A stretch of 64,000 nucleotides of DNA from Carcharhinus amblyrhynchos (GCA_965287045.1 OZ336872.1:33666001-33730000), one strand, 5' to 3'. Shown: positions 48,721 to 63,304, counted from the stretch's first letter. Notes: generated from the letters alone by a model not told the origin. A program made the numbers and translations.

Positions 48721-50714
48721 TATTATTATAATAGATTGGCTGTAAATCACTTACATGGACATCAGTTGTTTTTGTGTCTTTAAACTCTTCCCTTGGAATG
48801 TAAAGTAATAGAAAGATTTACAGATTGGTAAATAATCTGACAAGCTGCAATATAACTATTACTCCCATGCCAAAATATCTTAGATGAAAAAAAACTTAGA
48901 CTACTTGATAGGGTATTTAATCTGAATTGGCAGGAAAGTTTTATGAGCCCCACAATTCATGGGGGCAAATTTTAGCTTTGTGTAGTGGTGTAAAATGGAA
49001 GACATGGGGTGATATGGGTGATGACAAGTCAACTGCCCATTTTATTTCTACTGATTTTTATTTCTATTTCTATGCAAAATGGATTGCTGATAAAATGAAG
49101 GGAGCCATCTGCACCCACTGGATCTAAATACAGACAACAGTAAATATGAAAAAATTAAAGTTGATTCTACCTCACAGTCAAAGATGAGCTAGCTTTTCCA
49201 TTTCGGGTTTTATTTCTAAATTTGGAGGTTGAACATCAAACCATTTTCTGTGTGAAAAGAGTCATAATCTTGCCTCCAAATCAACTAAAATGGATAGTGT
49301 AAGTTTAAATTGTTCTAAGTCATTACACTAATTGCTATCCTCCCCAGAATCCCAGTGGGATAGGAATGGCTGCCCCCCTTAACCCATCAACTGTAAGTGT
49401 TCACAGCTGCTTTTGAATGAAGGACAATGTAAACAAAACATGTACAGAACTGCTGCAGCAGTCACAGCAAGAGGTTATTATTTTTTCCCCAGTGATTTCA
49501 TTGCAAAGTGGTTCATTATTTTGTGTTTCTCTGAAGAGAATGCCTTCTATTGAGGCCATTTTGCTGTCATTTCTCCCTTATCACTCTTCCGAGCTAGCAA
49601 ATTGAAATGGTCGATGAAAAAATTCCACTTGACTGACACAGGCTGCTCAAGAATTATGAGAGGGCTCACACTGATGGTGACTTAAAGATTGAATCAGTTT
49701 AAAGTGTTCCAAAAAGCCCACTTCAACCAACATTGCTTTGCATATTTCTTTGATCTTTACTGAAAATAATTTATATAGTATATCATTTAATTTAAGTAGT
49801 GAAAGCTGATAATATGGGAAAACTTACTGGAATGATATATGAGGAAGTTAGTTGGTCGCTGTCTGAGGAAGTAAGCTAGAAGTCATGAATTCAGGGTGAG
49901 TCAGCTTTCTTCTTATAATTCTCACGTTCATTAATCCCATAACTCTTTCAGTGAATTAATCGGATTCCATTAATATTTAGTGTTTTTTTTACCAATTTAT
50001 AATTTTTAAAATTTACATATTCCAACACTCTTCACTTGAAAAACACTAAGTTAACAAAGTAGGGAAAAATATTAGAATATATCTGCATCGTTTTGAAAAT
50101 TGTGACTATTCACAGATATTAAGAGTGAGAGTTTCACTTTATAAGACTATCAAACATCAAAATGTCAAGTCACATTCATTTTAATAGCTTGTTTCTCATT
50201 TACCCTGCATGGATTTTTGCACACCCCCCCCCCCCCCCCCCACCCCACGGCACCATCCATACCACCAACACCACTGTATCCGGATGTACGCAATTATGAT
50301 GCAAAATCAGCAGAAGAGCAATTGGACATTGATGCCAGGTGTGAAATGGGCAAAACCGAGTTCAAAATCTCCGATGCCCTACTGACTCCAGAAATGCACC
50401 CAATGTGAAATTGAATTACATGATCTTTTGAAACCCAGGGGATCCGCCTGAAACCAGCAGCATGCTGACTTAGTTATACAAATTGGGGTCCTACACCAAA
50501 CATAGGATCCCAATATGAAATTGCATACACAATCTATGAATAGTTTTTCTTGATCTTCAACAAGTTAAACCATAGTCTTTAAAGGGCTACTGTAAAAGGC
50601 ACAAAAGGTTGTAAATTTTGGCACTTTACTAGTCTTAGACCCACTCTTTTCCCCTTTCAAACTGGATGTAAAATTCATCCAAATTGTGGTCTCTGCTACC
50701 TAGGGGAGCCTTCA

Positions 50715-51560
50715 CTTTGAGGTCATTAATTAACCCTGTTACACAATACCATGCCTAATATAACCTGCTCCCGAGTTGGTTCTAAAATGTGCTGCTCTAA
50801 GGAACTATTTTGAAAGCATTCTATGCATTCCTCAACCAAGCTAATAATGATAATCTGCTTTTTGCTAGTTTATATATAGATTAAAGTCACCCATGATTAT
50901 TGCCGTCACTGTATCACAAACAATCAAATGTTTCTTCTTGTATACTTTGACCTACATTGTGGCTATTGTTAGGGGCCCTGTAGACCATTCTCGCTAGTGA
51001 ATTTTTTCCTCTATTCCTCAGCTCCATCCAATTCTACATCCTCATCTCCTGAACCAAAGTCACCTCTAACTATTGCACCAATGCCATCCTTGATGAACAA
51101 TGTTAACCCTCTACATTTACCTAGTTACCAATTCTTCTTAACTGTCATTATACCCCTCAATATTCAGAACCCAATCCTTGTTGTCCTGTATTCAGGTCAG
51201 GTTGGTATCAGATCATATTTATTTACTTCAAAGTGTGCTATCAACTCAGTTACTTTGTTAGAAATGCAAAGTACATTCAGATACAGAGCCTTTAGTTTTG
51301 TCTTTTTATTATCTTTGCAACATTTAATCTTGACTATTGTATTCATAGGTTTTATCTCTCCGTTCCTTCCTACTGTTCTCTGACCCTCATTTCCCACATT
51401 ACTATTATGGTTGCCCACCTTCAATCTCCCCTTGATTTGTTACATCTAGTCAAGTTTGATCTCTCACCACCCCTTTGTTTAGTTTAAAGTCCTCTCTACT
51501 TCCCTAGTTATATGATTTGCAAGAACACTCACCACAGCATGGTTCAGATGTGAATAATCC
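50715..51560 (-). mobile_element. Old CR1 ORF1 end / ORF2 endonuclease start
   Basis: LKALYLNVLCISNKVTELIAHFEVNKYDLI and IMGDFNL remnants. Confidence 0.7.
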
Positions 51561-52919
51561 CCTCATTTTTCCCAGCATAGGTGCCACTCTAGGCAGTTGT
51601 CTAAGCTTACTTAATTTGCTTAAAGGTAGCAACACATCAGCTTTTGATTCTTGATCTATATTTAAACCTGAAAAGGACTTCCCAGAGCTTACCACAAAAA
51701 CTTAATTTGCTGCTCACTCAGTCTCCATCTCACCCTGGCAGTCATCTGTCTTTTTGTGCATCCCTTACTGATCCACATGTACACCTTCAGTCTCTCGAAA
51801 AACAAAATTAGTTAACACAAGATGAGATGAAGTTTGCCTTGATTCTTAAATTCTTTACTCCACAATAAGCAAACCCTACCTGCGTTCGCTGAGTAAGCTT
51901 TCCTTCTCATATCACTAAGGAGATAGTGCCCTTTAATTTTGTTTGGGGCGAGAGCACCAAAAGATTTTGGTCCAACAAAGCAGAAAGAATTATCTTGCAT
52001 CAGTTTCCGTTTGAAAAAGCTATTTGCAACATTTTTTTCAGATAATGAATTTTTTTTTCCATTGACTTTATCAGTAATGGTTGCTGTGTCTTCAGAAAAT
52101 CATATACCAAGATGATTCACACATTCATTTTTACCTGATATCATTAAATATACTTTCCAATATATTTCAAAAGCTTTTTTACTTTCAGGTTCAATTCATC
52201 AACTTTTTGTATTTTTCATTTAATTTAGGGCTGACAAATTGATTGGAAGATATGTCCATCTGCAAGTGTGCAGCAGGCGTTCACTATATTTTCCCTTCTG
52301 AGCTGGAATGATGCATACAATTGAAATCAGATTAGAAAATTATAATTGTTCAGAACCTCAGACTGCCATATTAATCACAATTTCACAGTGAAAATGTTAT
52401 TAATAAGTTTTCCACTTGACTAAATTGATCTTTAAACTGCAATTGAGGAAATTTGGTGTAATTTGAATGGAAATCTTAAAACTTCAATTAATGACTAACA
52501 ATTCAAAAATAAACTTCATAGTTTTGACATATATTTATGAAGTTGCCAAGATTGGGTTCACTTACACAATTATGGTATAATTTAGTGTGGATGCGGTGGG
52601 AGGTGGAGGGGGGGGGAGCGGTTCCCAGTGTCTACCTCCAAAACTGGCAAATCCCCATTGATCTAATCTCTGGGAACCACAAAGAAATTAAGTCCCTAAA
52701 AGGCATTGGGAGCCATGCTGCCAAGATCCGTGACTCCAACAGGGGTATTTAATTGTCCACTCCTCTCACTTGGGTAGAAAGCCCACCCCCGATAGCTGCC
52801 AGCCAGTCAAAGGCTGGCACCTTGCCATTATTAGCAGTGACATTAGGAGACTACTCTTCAGCCTTCACCAAGGATTGCTGGAGAGATGTAAATGAAAGCA
52901 AGAAAGGTGTCACAGGGAG

Positions 52920-55120
52920 GGAATCGCCAGTGAGAGAAGGGGAGAGTGAAGTTTAAGGAAAAAGCAGGAAGGACGCTCTCAACATTGCCAGGTCACTTTG
53001 CAGTGAGGGACCCCGAGGGTTGCTAACTCTGGCTGTACGTATTCCAGAAAATACCGGCAAAAACAACATCATGGAAAGCTGGTGGTGTGGCATAAATGGG
53101 TGAAACCAGACAAAAGTCCTGTGATACTGAATGAGAGGGACTGAACTTGTGTGCACTAAATTCCACTGTTGAGTCTGAGTAATTCCTTCCTCTGCCAGTT
53201 GCTCATGGGGGATGGAAATCTGGAGCATACCACAGTCTGCCGGTCAACATCAATTCAATCTGACACAAATTAATGACAATAATCACTATATCAGCTGAGC
53301 CTAACCTTGGTTCCTAATCATTGTCCCTTCCTTCAATTCTTCAGCACAAGTGGACATCACTTCAACTGATTAGAGCAGAAATCATATGGCCTGTGGGCCA
53401 GTTGTATATTTCTGTCAAGTGGCCTCCTCTATTGGCAATTTGTCCTTTGCCAACTGTGGTGGGGTCAATTCCTGATGTAGGGAAGGTCAGGTGGTAGCTG
53501 AGCCAAGGCTGTGATTGGCTGTTGGCTGATCCCTGATGTTTTGGGGTGGCATAATGGCACAGTTGTTAGCACAGCTGCCTCCAGGGACCTTGTTTTGATC
53601 CCCGGCTTGTATCACTGTTTGTGTAGAGTTGGCACATTCTCCTCGTGTCTGCGTGGGTTTCCTCCGGTTTCTTCCCACAGTCCAAAGATGTGTGGATTAC
53701 ATTGATTGGCCATGCTAAATTGCTCCTTAGTGATCCAGGATGTGTAGGTTAGGGGGGTTCTGGGTATATGGCCTGGAGGTGATTGTTGCCAATGCAGACT
53801 TGATGGGCCGAATGGCTTTCTTCTGCACTGTAGGGTTTCTCTGGTTGTGGAAAGTCAGATGGTAGTGGCTGAGTAGTGTCGGCTGGTCCTGGCAGCTGTT
53901 GTCAGGAGACATTGTGCTCCAAAGTGCTTTGCTTGGCCACTGGGAGATTTAGGCTAATTTCAGGGGACTCCCGGCCTATATGGAACAGGTGGGAATCCTC
54001 GGTACCCTGCTACAAGACTACAAGGAAACCCAGTATGCCCATCAATATGAATGTATTAACATTGGTCCACACCCCCCACTGCCTCTTCTGGTTGGTACCT
54101 GGAATGGAGATTTATTGGATATCTTTGCAGGATCCCTTTTTAAAGCAATGTGTCACTCTGTGATGCATCTGACAACTGCAGACTTAGACATCTTCATTGG
54201 CTTCCTGGGAGAGTTCTATCTTGCCTCAGGCTCCTCTCCCATTGTATTTACGGCCTGCTTCCTGAAAGGGATGAACATTGGAGGATCAGGAAAGCTGCAC
54301 CTGTCTTGGCCCAACTCCTTTTGTTGTGCAAATTTTTGTCCTGCAGACAATCAGAAGGATTGATTGCCATCCCAATTTGTGTACAAGCATGCATGCCTCT
54401 GGCAGCATCGGAGCCCTTCCCAGTAAGTGATTAACAAACAGGATGTCCAGCAATTGATAGAACATTGAGAAAATGAAATGATTGGCACACATTCAGTGCA
54501 CAAGTCCCATCTGCAACCCAAATTCCTGTCTATCTCTGTGCACACACACACTTACATTACCGATGCTATTACGAGTGTCACTTACTCTGGTGAAGAGGGG
54601 CAGATTGTTCATCCTTTTCCTGCACTGCTGGGTTGTTCTCCTGCTAAGCCACCATGGTCATGCGGGAAGGTCTCCTCTGGAAGCAGCATTTCCCGCTTTT
54701 CCTGGATGGCCTGGAGGAGAACCTGCAGGGAGGCCTTGCAGAACCATGGGGCCACACATTGTCTCTCTGCAGCACACTGATTGTGACCTGCAGACTCTGC
54801 AGCACTGAAAATGGCTGTCTGATGTTTTTTAAATATGAAGCTAGGACCCTCGATCCAATGAGGTAATGGTGAGAGTGGTAACTTCCTTCCTGCCCCACTG
54901 TGAGATTCAGTGAGTTCTTCACTAATGCACGTGAAATGAGTTGAACAGCACATGATTGCGTGCAGCCAGCTGTCCAAACTCCATGCCACCTCAGCAGAAG
55001 TCGCTTTCACCTTCACTCCTGTGCCAAACTTTGAATCAAGAATGGTAGATGTCACCCTTAGATTCAGAATTGCATATGACTGTTCTGAGGATACTACGTG
55101 TAAATAAATTAGCAAAAACT
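52920..55120 (-). mobile_element. Harbinger remnant with Myb/SANT-like ORF, interrupted by a SINE at 53543-53838 (+)
   Basis: APWFCKASLQVLLQAIQEKREMLLP resembles helix 1 of Harbinger Myb/trihelix proteins. Confidence 0.5.
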
Positions 55121-58100
55121 GCACTAACTGTAAAGAAATATAACTCATTTTGCATTAGGAGTCAATTTATGCTTAATTGCCGTAGTACTTTTTAAAGGTG
55201 AAATCATATTTTATCTCTGATATACAGCAAAATATATGTACTTTTCATCATTATATTCAACATTTATAACCTTTCATGCAGAATGTTTACTTCGTTGCTA
55301 GTTCAGATGTCTCTGAGCCCAAACAGAGTGTAACCAGTTTTGAAAAGCCAGTGTACCATATGTTTTCTTCTTTAAAACTCTGCATAATACATCTATCATT
55401 CAGACAACTCATCAAAGTAAACTCCTTCCATCCCCTAAGGAAAATATTATTTGGCATTTAGTCACAGAATATTCCTACTTCTGCTGCAAGCATTTATCAG
55501 GCTGCCAGAGAGATTGGGGTAAGGCTGCAAAGAATCTATCAGCTGGAAACAAACTGCTTTGCTGAAGATTTCGAAAAGCTGAGAGATTTATTGTTCAGCA
55601 TTCAGAATTTACAAACTAGAGTGTTCAGATACATCATTTATAAGTAGTGTTGATGGTTGCAATCCATGGTATTGTGGACTTCAGTAGAATATGGTTAATA
55701 TGGCATACAGAAAACTAAAATAAAGCAGAGTTATTGATTATTGTAACTACAACAGGCATTTGTTGCAAATTCTCAGAAATCCTATGTTGTAGCTACATTA
55801 TCAGCCAGTTACAGGACATCTGCAGTTTTACTCTGCTTATATCCAAATACAGTAAGTTACTAAATTAGAGTCACCTATAGTTTTAATGATTGGGTTTAGC
55901 AGGTTTCTAGAGAGCATTTTGCCCAGGCAACATGCTGAAGAGCATTACCTCATTAATGAGGAGTCCCTGATGGGAATGCTGCATGAAGAGTATAATAAAT
56001 GCAGGTCTAAATAATGTCATAAACAAGTATTCTTCATAGAATATTTAGTGTCACTGGCCAATGATAGTAAATGGGGTTATAGAGATAAGTAAAAATGAAG
56101 GAAAATTAGAATACAATTTATAAAATAAATAACAGGATGTTAATTAACAGGATATTAACTATTGCCTCTCAATCGTTGCTAAAGATCAACTGTTCAAATG
56201 CTCAGACATGGTCCATTTATCTCTGTGCAAGTACATGATTATGTGGAAAAACAATTGTTGCAAGAAGTTTGATTTATTTTTATGGGAAGGAAAAGTATAC
56301 CTTGTTCTGAGCACCCTTTCAGTCTTACAGGCCAGTGCATCTCCTCCCTTGATAGCGGCTAAATGGGACTTTTCCTTATTGTTGATGTTAAGCTGCTTCA
56401 CTGTGAATGATTGCTAGATTAAGGTTGGTTACTGATCATGGATGTGAAACTGTCGTACCATTCTGTGGTAGTGCAGGTTGTTTGAAAATGCTATGCAACC
56501 TCAATGTCTATAATCTCCAATTCTATTAACTGAAGATTAACATACAGAAAAGTCCGACAGAAGAAGGCTAACTGATCTATCTAGCCTGTGGCATAAAGTT
56601 ATGACACCTTATACATCACACCTTATACATGAGACTCACTACTCCCTAAGCGCTTTGCAGACGCATGAGAAGATGAAAAACCAGACCAAAAACTCAAGGC
56701 TAGTTGAGGGGGAGGAAAGTATTGCTATCCAGATTAACCACTATTTCAGAAAACAAATTGCACTAAGCCTGGATGGTTGCTTCATTAGAAGTAAATTCCT
56801 GAGTCTTCCAGTGAAGCACATTCCTCCCTTGTTAGATATATTGTGCATAATATTTTCCAAGGTTGCATTTGCTAGCAGTGAGACTGCATTACGAGATTTG
56901 CCTACGCAGTTATAGTTATTTTTGCGTGACATCATATTTAGTGACTACAAACTCTTCACCAGCTTCCATGCGTCCTGCCGTAAAGATGAGGATGGTATGG
57001 TAGTCCTAGTAAGGGTAACGGATGACAGCAGCAAAGGAAGGCTGGGCTGGGCCACCAATCCACCCATCTGATTGGGGGCAGCTGCTCTCAGGCAGCCATT
57101 GTACTTAGGTCAGCTTGTTTAACGGTAGGGCTGAATTTGGAGCCAAATCTTCAGCATTATAACAAGGATCTTCTAGAGCCTAGGAAGCAGAAGTATATTT
57201 GGCCCTGCACTCATCCCAAGGCCGAGAGACATTTACTTAATCCAAGTCAAACAGAGCAACAGAAACAGATGTTGACCAGGAATCTCTGACCTCGCCTGTG
57301 GCTGGGATTCGCCAGTCCACTGCGGTGAATAGAGTTCTGGCTCAGCATTAAATTCTCTGTCCTTGTTGTCAGAGGTGGCAGGGCATACGAGAGCAGAGAA
57401 TTCCAGTCTTATTTCCATTTTACCCCTGCTGGGTACCGCTGACAGATGAATATGTAAGTCTCAGTCCAAAGTCATACCAACCGCTGAAAGGCAGAGTGTC
57501 CATCTCAAAGTGGTGCAGCCTTAAATTAAATACTGAAATACAACTCTCACGCAGTTTTTGATTCAAAGGTACAGAAGTTTCTGGAAACTATACCTCTGCT
57601 GTTGCCTTCTCTCCTGCGGAGCTATAAATCTGTGACCAGCCAACAATCTGGTCATTAGCATGCAACTACACTTCTGACCTTATGATAGAAAGAAAGTTAT
57701 TGAGGAAGCAGCTGAATGTAGTTCAGCTTCGAATACCAGAGCACCTCCTGAGTGATGTCCTGTTGCTGAGATGATTATATCCAACAACCACAATCGTCTT
57801 CCTTTGCACCACTTGAGAATTTTCCACCCTGATTTCGACTGACTTCAGTTTTACTAGACTCCTTGGGGCTGCATTAGTCAACTGTTTCCTTGATATGAGA
57901 AGTAGACAGACTCAGTTTAAACTGTGGAATTTAGCTTATATCCATATCTAGACCAAGGCTGCAGTGAAGCCTGGAGTCAAGTGGTGCTGGCAGATATCAA
58001 ACACTATCAGTGAGGTTTTTATAATGTATTCTCAGTGATTACACAGCTGTTTTTTCTCTGGTTTATCTCAAAATTCCGAAGTGATTATATAGATGAAGCT

Positions 58101-58191
58101 ACATTTAAGAGTAGCAAACTCTGGAAAATATTGGGCAGATTCACAGAGAGGTTCTAATGAAAAATCCTATATATTTAAGAAAAATCTTCAG

Positions 58192-60280
58192 AAAAGCACC
58201 TGTTTATTCCAACTCTCTGCTTCCTGTTAGATAACCAATCCTCAATCCACGCTAACACTTTACCCCCAACTCTGTGTATGTTAATCTTCTGCAGCAACTT
58301 ATTGTGAGGCATCTTATCGAATGCCTTCTGGAAATCTAAAAACACCACATCCACCAGTTCCCCTCTGTCAACCGCACTCGTTACATCTTCATAAAAATCC
58401 AGTAAATTCGTCAAACGTGACTTTCCCTTCGAATCCATGCTGTGTCTGCTTGATCGAACCATTCTTTTCCAGGTGTCCTGCTATTTCTTCTTTAATGATG
58501 GATTCCAGCATTTTCCCAACTACAGACGTTAGGCTAACCAGCCTGTAGTTACCCGCCTTTTGTCTACTTCCTTTTTTAAACAGCAGTGTAACAGTAGCCA
58601 TTTTCCAATCAGCCGGCACTTCCCCAGAGTCCAGTGAATTTTGATAAACGCATCTGCTATTACATCTGCCATTTCTTTCAGTACCCTGGGATGCATTCCA
58701 TCTGGGCCCGGGGACTTGTATACCTTTAGTCCCATTAGTTTACCAAGCCCTACCTTTTTAGTAATAGTAATTGTTTTAAGGACCTCACCCCCTACAGTCC
58801 CACGACTGTTAATGTTCGGTAAGCTATTTGTGCCCTCTACCATGAAGACCGACACAAAAAACTTGTTTAAGGCCTCAGCCATTTCCTCGTTTCCCCTTAT
58901 TAAATCCCCCTTCTCGTCTTCTAAGGGTCCAACATTTACTTTAGCCACTCTTTTCCTTTTTATATATTTGTAAGAACTTTTACTATCAGTTTTTATATTT
59001 TGCGCCAATTTAGTTTCATAATCTATCTTTCCTTTCTTTACCGCTTTCTTAGTTGTTCTTCGTTGTTTTTCAAAGCTTTCCCCATCTTCTAATTTCCCAC
59101 TTGTTTTGGCCACTCTGTATGCATCAGTTTTTAATTTAATACTCTCCTTTATTTCCTTCATTATCCATGGCTGGTTATCCCTTTGCTTACTTTCCTTCTT
59201 TATCATCGGAATATATTTTTGCTGAGTACTGAGAAAACTCTCCTTAAAAATCCTCCACTGTACCTCAGCTGTCCTACCAACTAGTCTGCGCTCCCAGTCC
59301 ACATTAGCCAATTCTGTCCTTATCCTATCATACTCCCCTCTGTTCAAACGGAGGACACTGGTTTGGGACCCTACTTTCTCACCCTCCACCTGTATGAGAA
59401 ATTCAACCATATTGTGATCACTCATTCCAAGAGGATCCCTCACAAGAAGACCTTTAATTCTACCTGTCTCATTACACAGGACCAGATCCAACATAACTCG
59501 CTCCCTCATAGGTTCTGTAACATATTGTTCGAGGAAACTATCCCGACAGCATTCTAAGAACTCTTCCTCAAGTCCACCGCATCCAACTTGAGTCAACCAA
59601 TCAATATGCAGGTTAAAATCCCCCGTGATTATTGCCGTTCCCTTTTTGCACGCATCCAGTATTTGCTTATTTATCGCCCGCCCCACCTCAAAGTTATTAT
59701 CTGTGGGGCCTATAAACCATGCCCACCAGTGACTTTCTCCCCTTACTATTCCTTATCTCCACCCACAATGATTCCACATTTTGCTCCATAGAGCCTATAT
59801 CGTCTCTCACTACCGCCCTGATGTTTTTTTATTCAACAGAGCTACCCCGTCCCCTTTTCCTTCCTGTCTATCCTTCCTAAATGTCTGATACCCCTGGATA
59901 TTCAGTTCCCAGTCCTGGTCACTCTGCAACCACGTTTCTGTAATGGCCACTCGATCATACCCATTTGTATTGATTTGTGCCATCAACTCATTCACTTTGT
60001 TTCAAATGTTTAGTGCATTCAGGTAAAGTGTCTTTATGCCAGCCTTTATCTGGACCTGATTTGTTGAAATCTGCCCCAATACTGGTGCCAATGTCCCATG
60101 AATTCAATCCCATTCCTCCCACACCAATCTTTGAACCACGCATTCACCTCCTTAATCTTATTGACTCTGCGTCCAATTCACTCGTGGCTCAGGTAGTAAT
60201 CCAGAGATTACCACCCTGTTGGTTCTGCTTTTTAATTTGGTTCCTAGCTTTTCATACTTCCTCTGCAGATCCTTTGTTCC
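58192..60280 (-). mobile_element. CR1 internal fragment (ORF1 esterase piece + APE + N-half of RT), 3' end missing
   Basis: VAITETWL, ITGDFN, SDHN, KSPGPDG and LDFQKAFDK motifs. 60080-60270 gives KSRTNRVVISGLLPEPR...VNAWFKDWCGRNG (ORF1). Ends abruptly at GINRCFS with no tail. Confidence 0.9.
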
Positions 60281-60584
60281 TTTGATTTTATGAAAAAGTG
60301 CCTACTTTGGCACATCCCAGAAAGCTGAGTTTCTACACGTATAAATCATCTGAATTTGTTGTGCATGTGCATTTGCAATCATGCATGGTCTCCCATCACA
60401 TGCACACAAATATCTGTTCACCTCTTGGTGACATCATCAAACATGTACACATATATTCATTTGGCAAAATGATTAAAACTTGTGTTTTGGATGCTGTACC
60501 AAGACAGCCCACAAAAACAGTGTCACATTTGGAATTGTAAATTGTTTTAGATTGTATTTGTGAGCTGCTATATTTGAGCTGTTT

Positions 60585-60762
60585 AATTTATTGTCATGTG
60601 TACTGGTATACAGTGAAAAGTATTGTTTCTTGCACACTATACAGATAAAGCATACTGTACATAGAGAAGAGAAGGAGAGGGCGCAGAATTTGTGTTACAG
60701 TCATAGCTAGGGTGTAGGGAAAGATCAATTTAATGCGAGGTAAGTCCATTCAAAAGTCTGAT
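60585..60762 (-). mobile_element. Rex1-like 3' UTR fragment
   Basis: Homologous to 3320-3480 and 43915-44115. Confidence 0.7.
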
Positions 60763-60811
60763 TTGTGCATTTCTCTGTGATTTATTGTGCTGTTTTAGTA
60801 ATGACAACTTT

Positions 60812-61078
60812 GAGTTTTGAGTTTATTTTCTTAGTGTCACAAGTAGTTACATAAACACTGCAATGAAGTTACTGTGAAAATCCCCTAGTCGCCACACTCC
60901 GGCACCTGTTCGGGTAGCATGGCCAGTGCACCTACCCAGCATGTCTTTCAGACCGTGGGAGGAAATTGGAACACGCGAAGGAAACCCATGCAGACTCCAC
61001 ACAGATAGTGACCCAAGCCAGGAATCGAACCCAGTTCCCTGGCATGGTGAGGCAGCAGTGCTAACCACTGTGCTGCCC
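60812..61078 (-). mobile_element. HE1-like SINE with alternative tail
   Basis: Same structure as 35896-36155. Confidence 0.8.
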
Positions 61079-63167
61079 ATTATGTTATTTTTGAGAGGTT
61101 TCATGTCCTAGGGTTGTGTGTTAAAGTTTTGAAACTTGTTTAAGTCGAGTGTAGTTACATTAGTTTTTGCAGAACTCCCAAGTCAATTGTATCAACTCTT
61201 TGGAAGGGAGGCGAGCTTCAAATGAAACAGGAATTAGTATGATGTCCACGTATGGAATAATGTTGTTCAAAAGAAGGAAAAGCACAAAACAAAATGCTTG
61301 CTGCTCATGTGCAACAAGCTGTGATTTTACCTGGCAGCTTTGTTGTATTTGATGCATGGACGGCCAGCTGTTAATGCCATATTAGCTGCAAGTATCGGAC
61401 AGGAGAGGGGTTTTTTTTGTAGTAAGTCAAAGTCAAACTAGCAGTATTATAGATTGGAATACTTTTTAGTTGATATCTGCACTCAATAAGGAATGCTGAT
61501 GTCAAGGGATTTTATTTGTGAAGTAAGTCTTGCCAACAAACCAGAAATGCAATTTACAGACCACAGCTACATTTTCAGGAAATACTCTGCAGATTTAGCT
61601 GTCGTCTCATGATTATCAAAACTAGGAATGGTTCTGAAACAGACCAGAATGGAGCACATGGCATTTTATTTGTGATTCTTAACCAAACAGTGAACCAGCA
61701 GTCAGCTTAAATTCTTCCACTGTTTTACCAGCTGAGGACACAATTATTTAGCACTGCAACATGACGGGATAGTTAAACAAGGGATCTGCAAGGATAACAG
61801 AATCCCAGTGAGAATAGGTCTATTTAGTTTTGACACACAACAGTGAGTATCAGGCTTGCGTTTCATCATGGAGATATAAATGTTAATTTTCTCCTTGCAT
61901 TTACATAGGCTCGTGGACAATAAAATAGTTAAAATGCTTTGAGACAAAGCTGCAGATTTTCATCTATTCCTTCTCTCCAAACAATAGATTCATTTCCCAC
62001 ATTGCATCCGCAACACAATATGTTTTTAAATTGCCCCTGCCATAATAGTAACTGCTCTGGCATTCAGCTGGATGTGAGTTGCTTTGGAAAGTCCAGAGTT
62101 GTCATACTGGTTCTTTCACCCTCATGATGCCTAACAGGGTTGAGCAACTCCACCTTCTTCACTTCATTCAGTTGTTGTTTCCTGGTATAGAAATGTCACT
62201 ATTGTGATCTGGTGGTGGTGACTATGGACAAACTGCTGTGAAGTGACACAGATTGTTCTTGATTATGATGGAACTCATTGAACCATAGAATCCCTACAGT
62301 GCAGAAAGAGGCCATCCGGCCCATTGAGCCTGCACCAACAAAATCCCACCCAGCTTCACTAGGGGAGAGGTTCCCTTTCTGTTGGGGTGGGGGCTAATCT
62401 TGTTGGGGGGGCAAGGGGTGTGTCTGTGTTGGGTTGAGGATGAAGGGCCAGTGCCAGTGAAGTGGGACAGAGGCAGTGCCAATGATGAGGAGGAGAGAGG
62501 GGTTGTGTCCATGAGGGGAGCTGATGCCTGTGATGAGGAGGGGGGTTGTGCCAGGGGGTGAGGGGGGTTTGGGTCACCCAGATGCTCACGTGGTGGAGTT
62601 TGGCCCAATCTTTGCATTGTCAGAGTGGGCGGGGGGGTGCCTTAATGTTTGCAGTATTGGCAGGGGAGGAGGGGGTTCCGCTCCTACATAATGGTGGTTA
62701 GCGGATGCTCCCCTTGTCTGCAGAAGCGTCTTAATCTCCCTGGGCATTTCCTGGTTCTCATGCTGGAAAGGGTGGTTCCGTTAGCTCCTGGGGAGCAGGG
62801 AGGCCTTGCATTTAATTTTGAGATGAAGGGTAACCTGATTTCAGGATTCCGACATTGCCGATGTGTTTAGACCCCACCCCTCCATCTGGCTGAGTGATCC
62901 TTGCCAACACTTTGAAATTGCCCAGAGTGAGTAAAGCTCTCTGTGAAGCTGCTGAGTTTCACACAGATTTTCTTGTCTCACCCAACACTCTGAACCATCT
63001 TGGGAAACTTGCACCCCACATTTGTGATTCGTTCTGCATAAGGTGGGCATGGGTTAGCATATTGGACTGATGCTTAAGACCAAGACATTAGGTGGCTGTA
63101 AGGTATACTCGACTGTGACTGCATTTCCGTTCAACGGTAAGGCTGCAGAACTTGACTCCAAAGCACT

Positions 63168-63304
63168 GGGTGGGATTTTTTGGTCTCACGCACCCCAAGA
63201 CCAGAAACTCCTGCCCGAGGTCAATGGACTTTTACATGATCCACGGAGTTTCCTGTCCCACCAACCAAGATTTCCACAATGGGTGGGACAGGAAAATTCC
63301 ACCC
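63168..63304. mobile_element. Harbinger-type MITE with ACT TSD
   Basis: act|GGGTGGGATTTT...AAAATTCCACCC|act, 137 bp. Relatives near 29827-29935 and 57275-57410. Confidence 0.8.
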
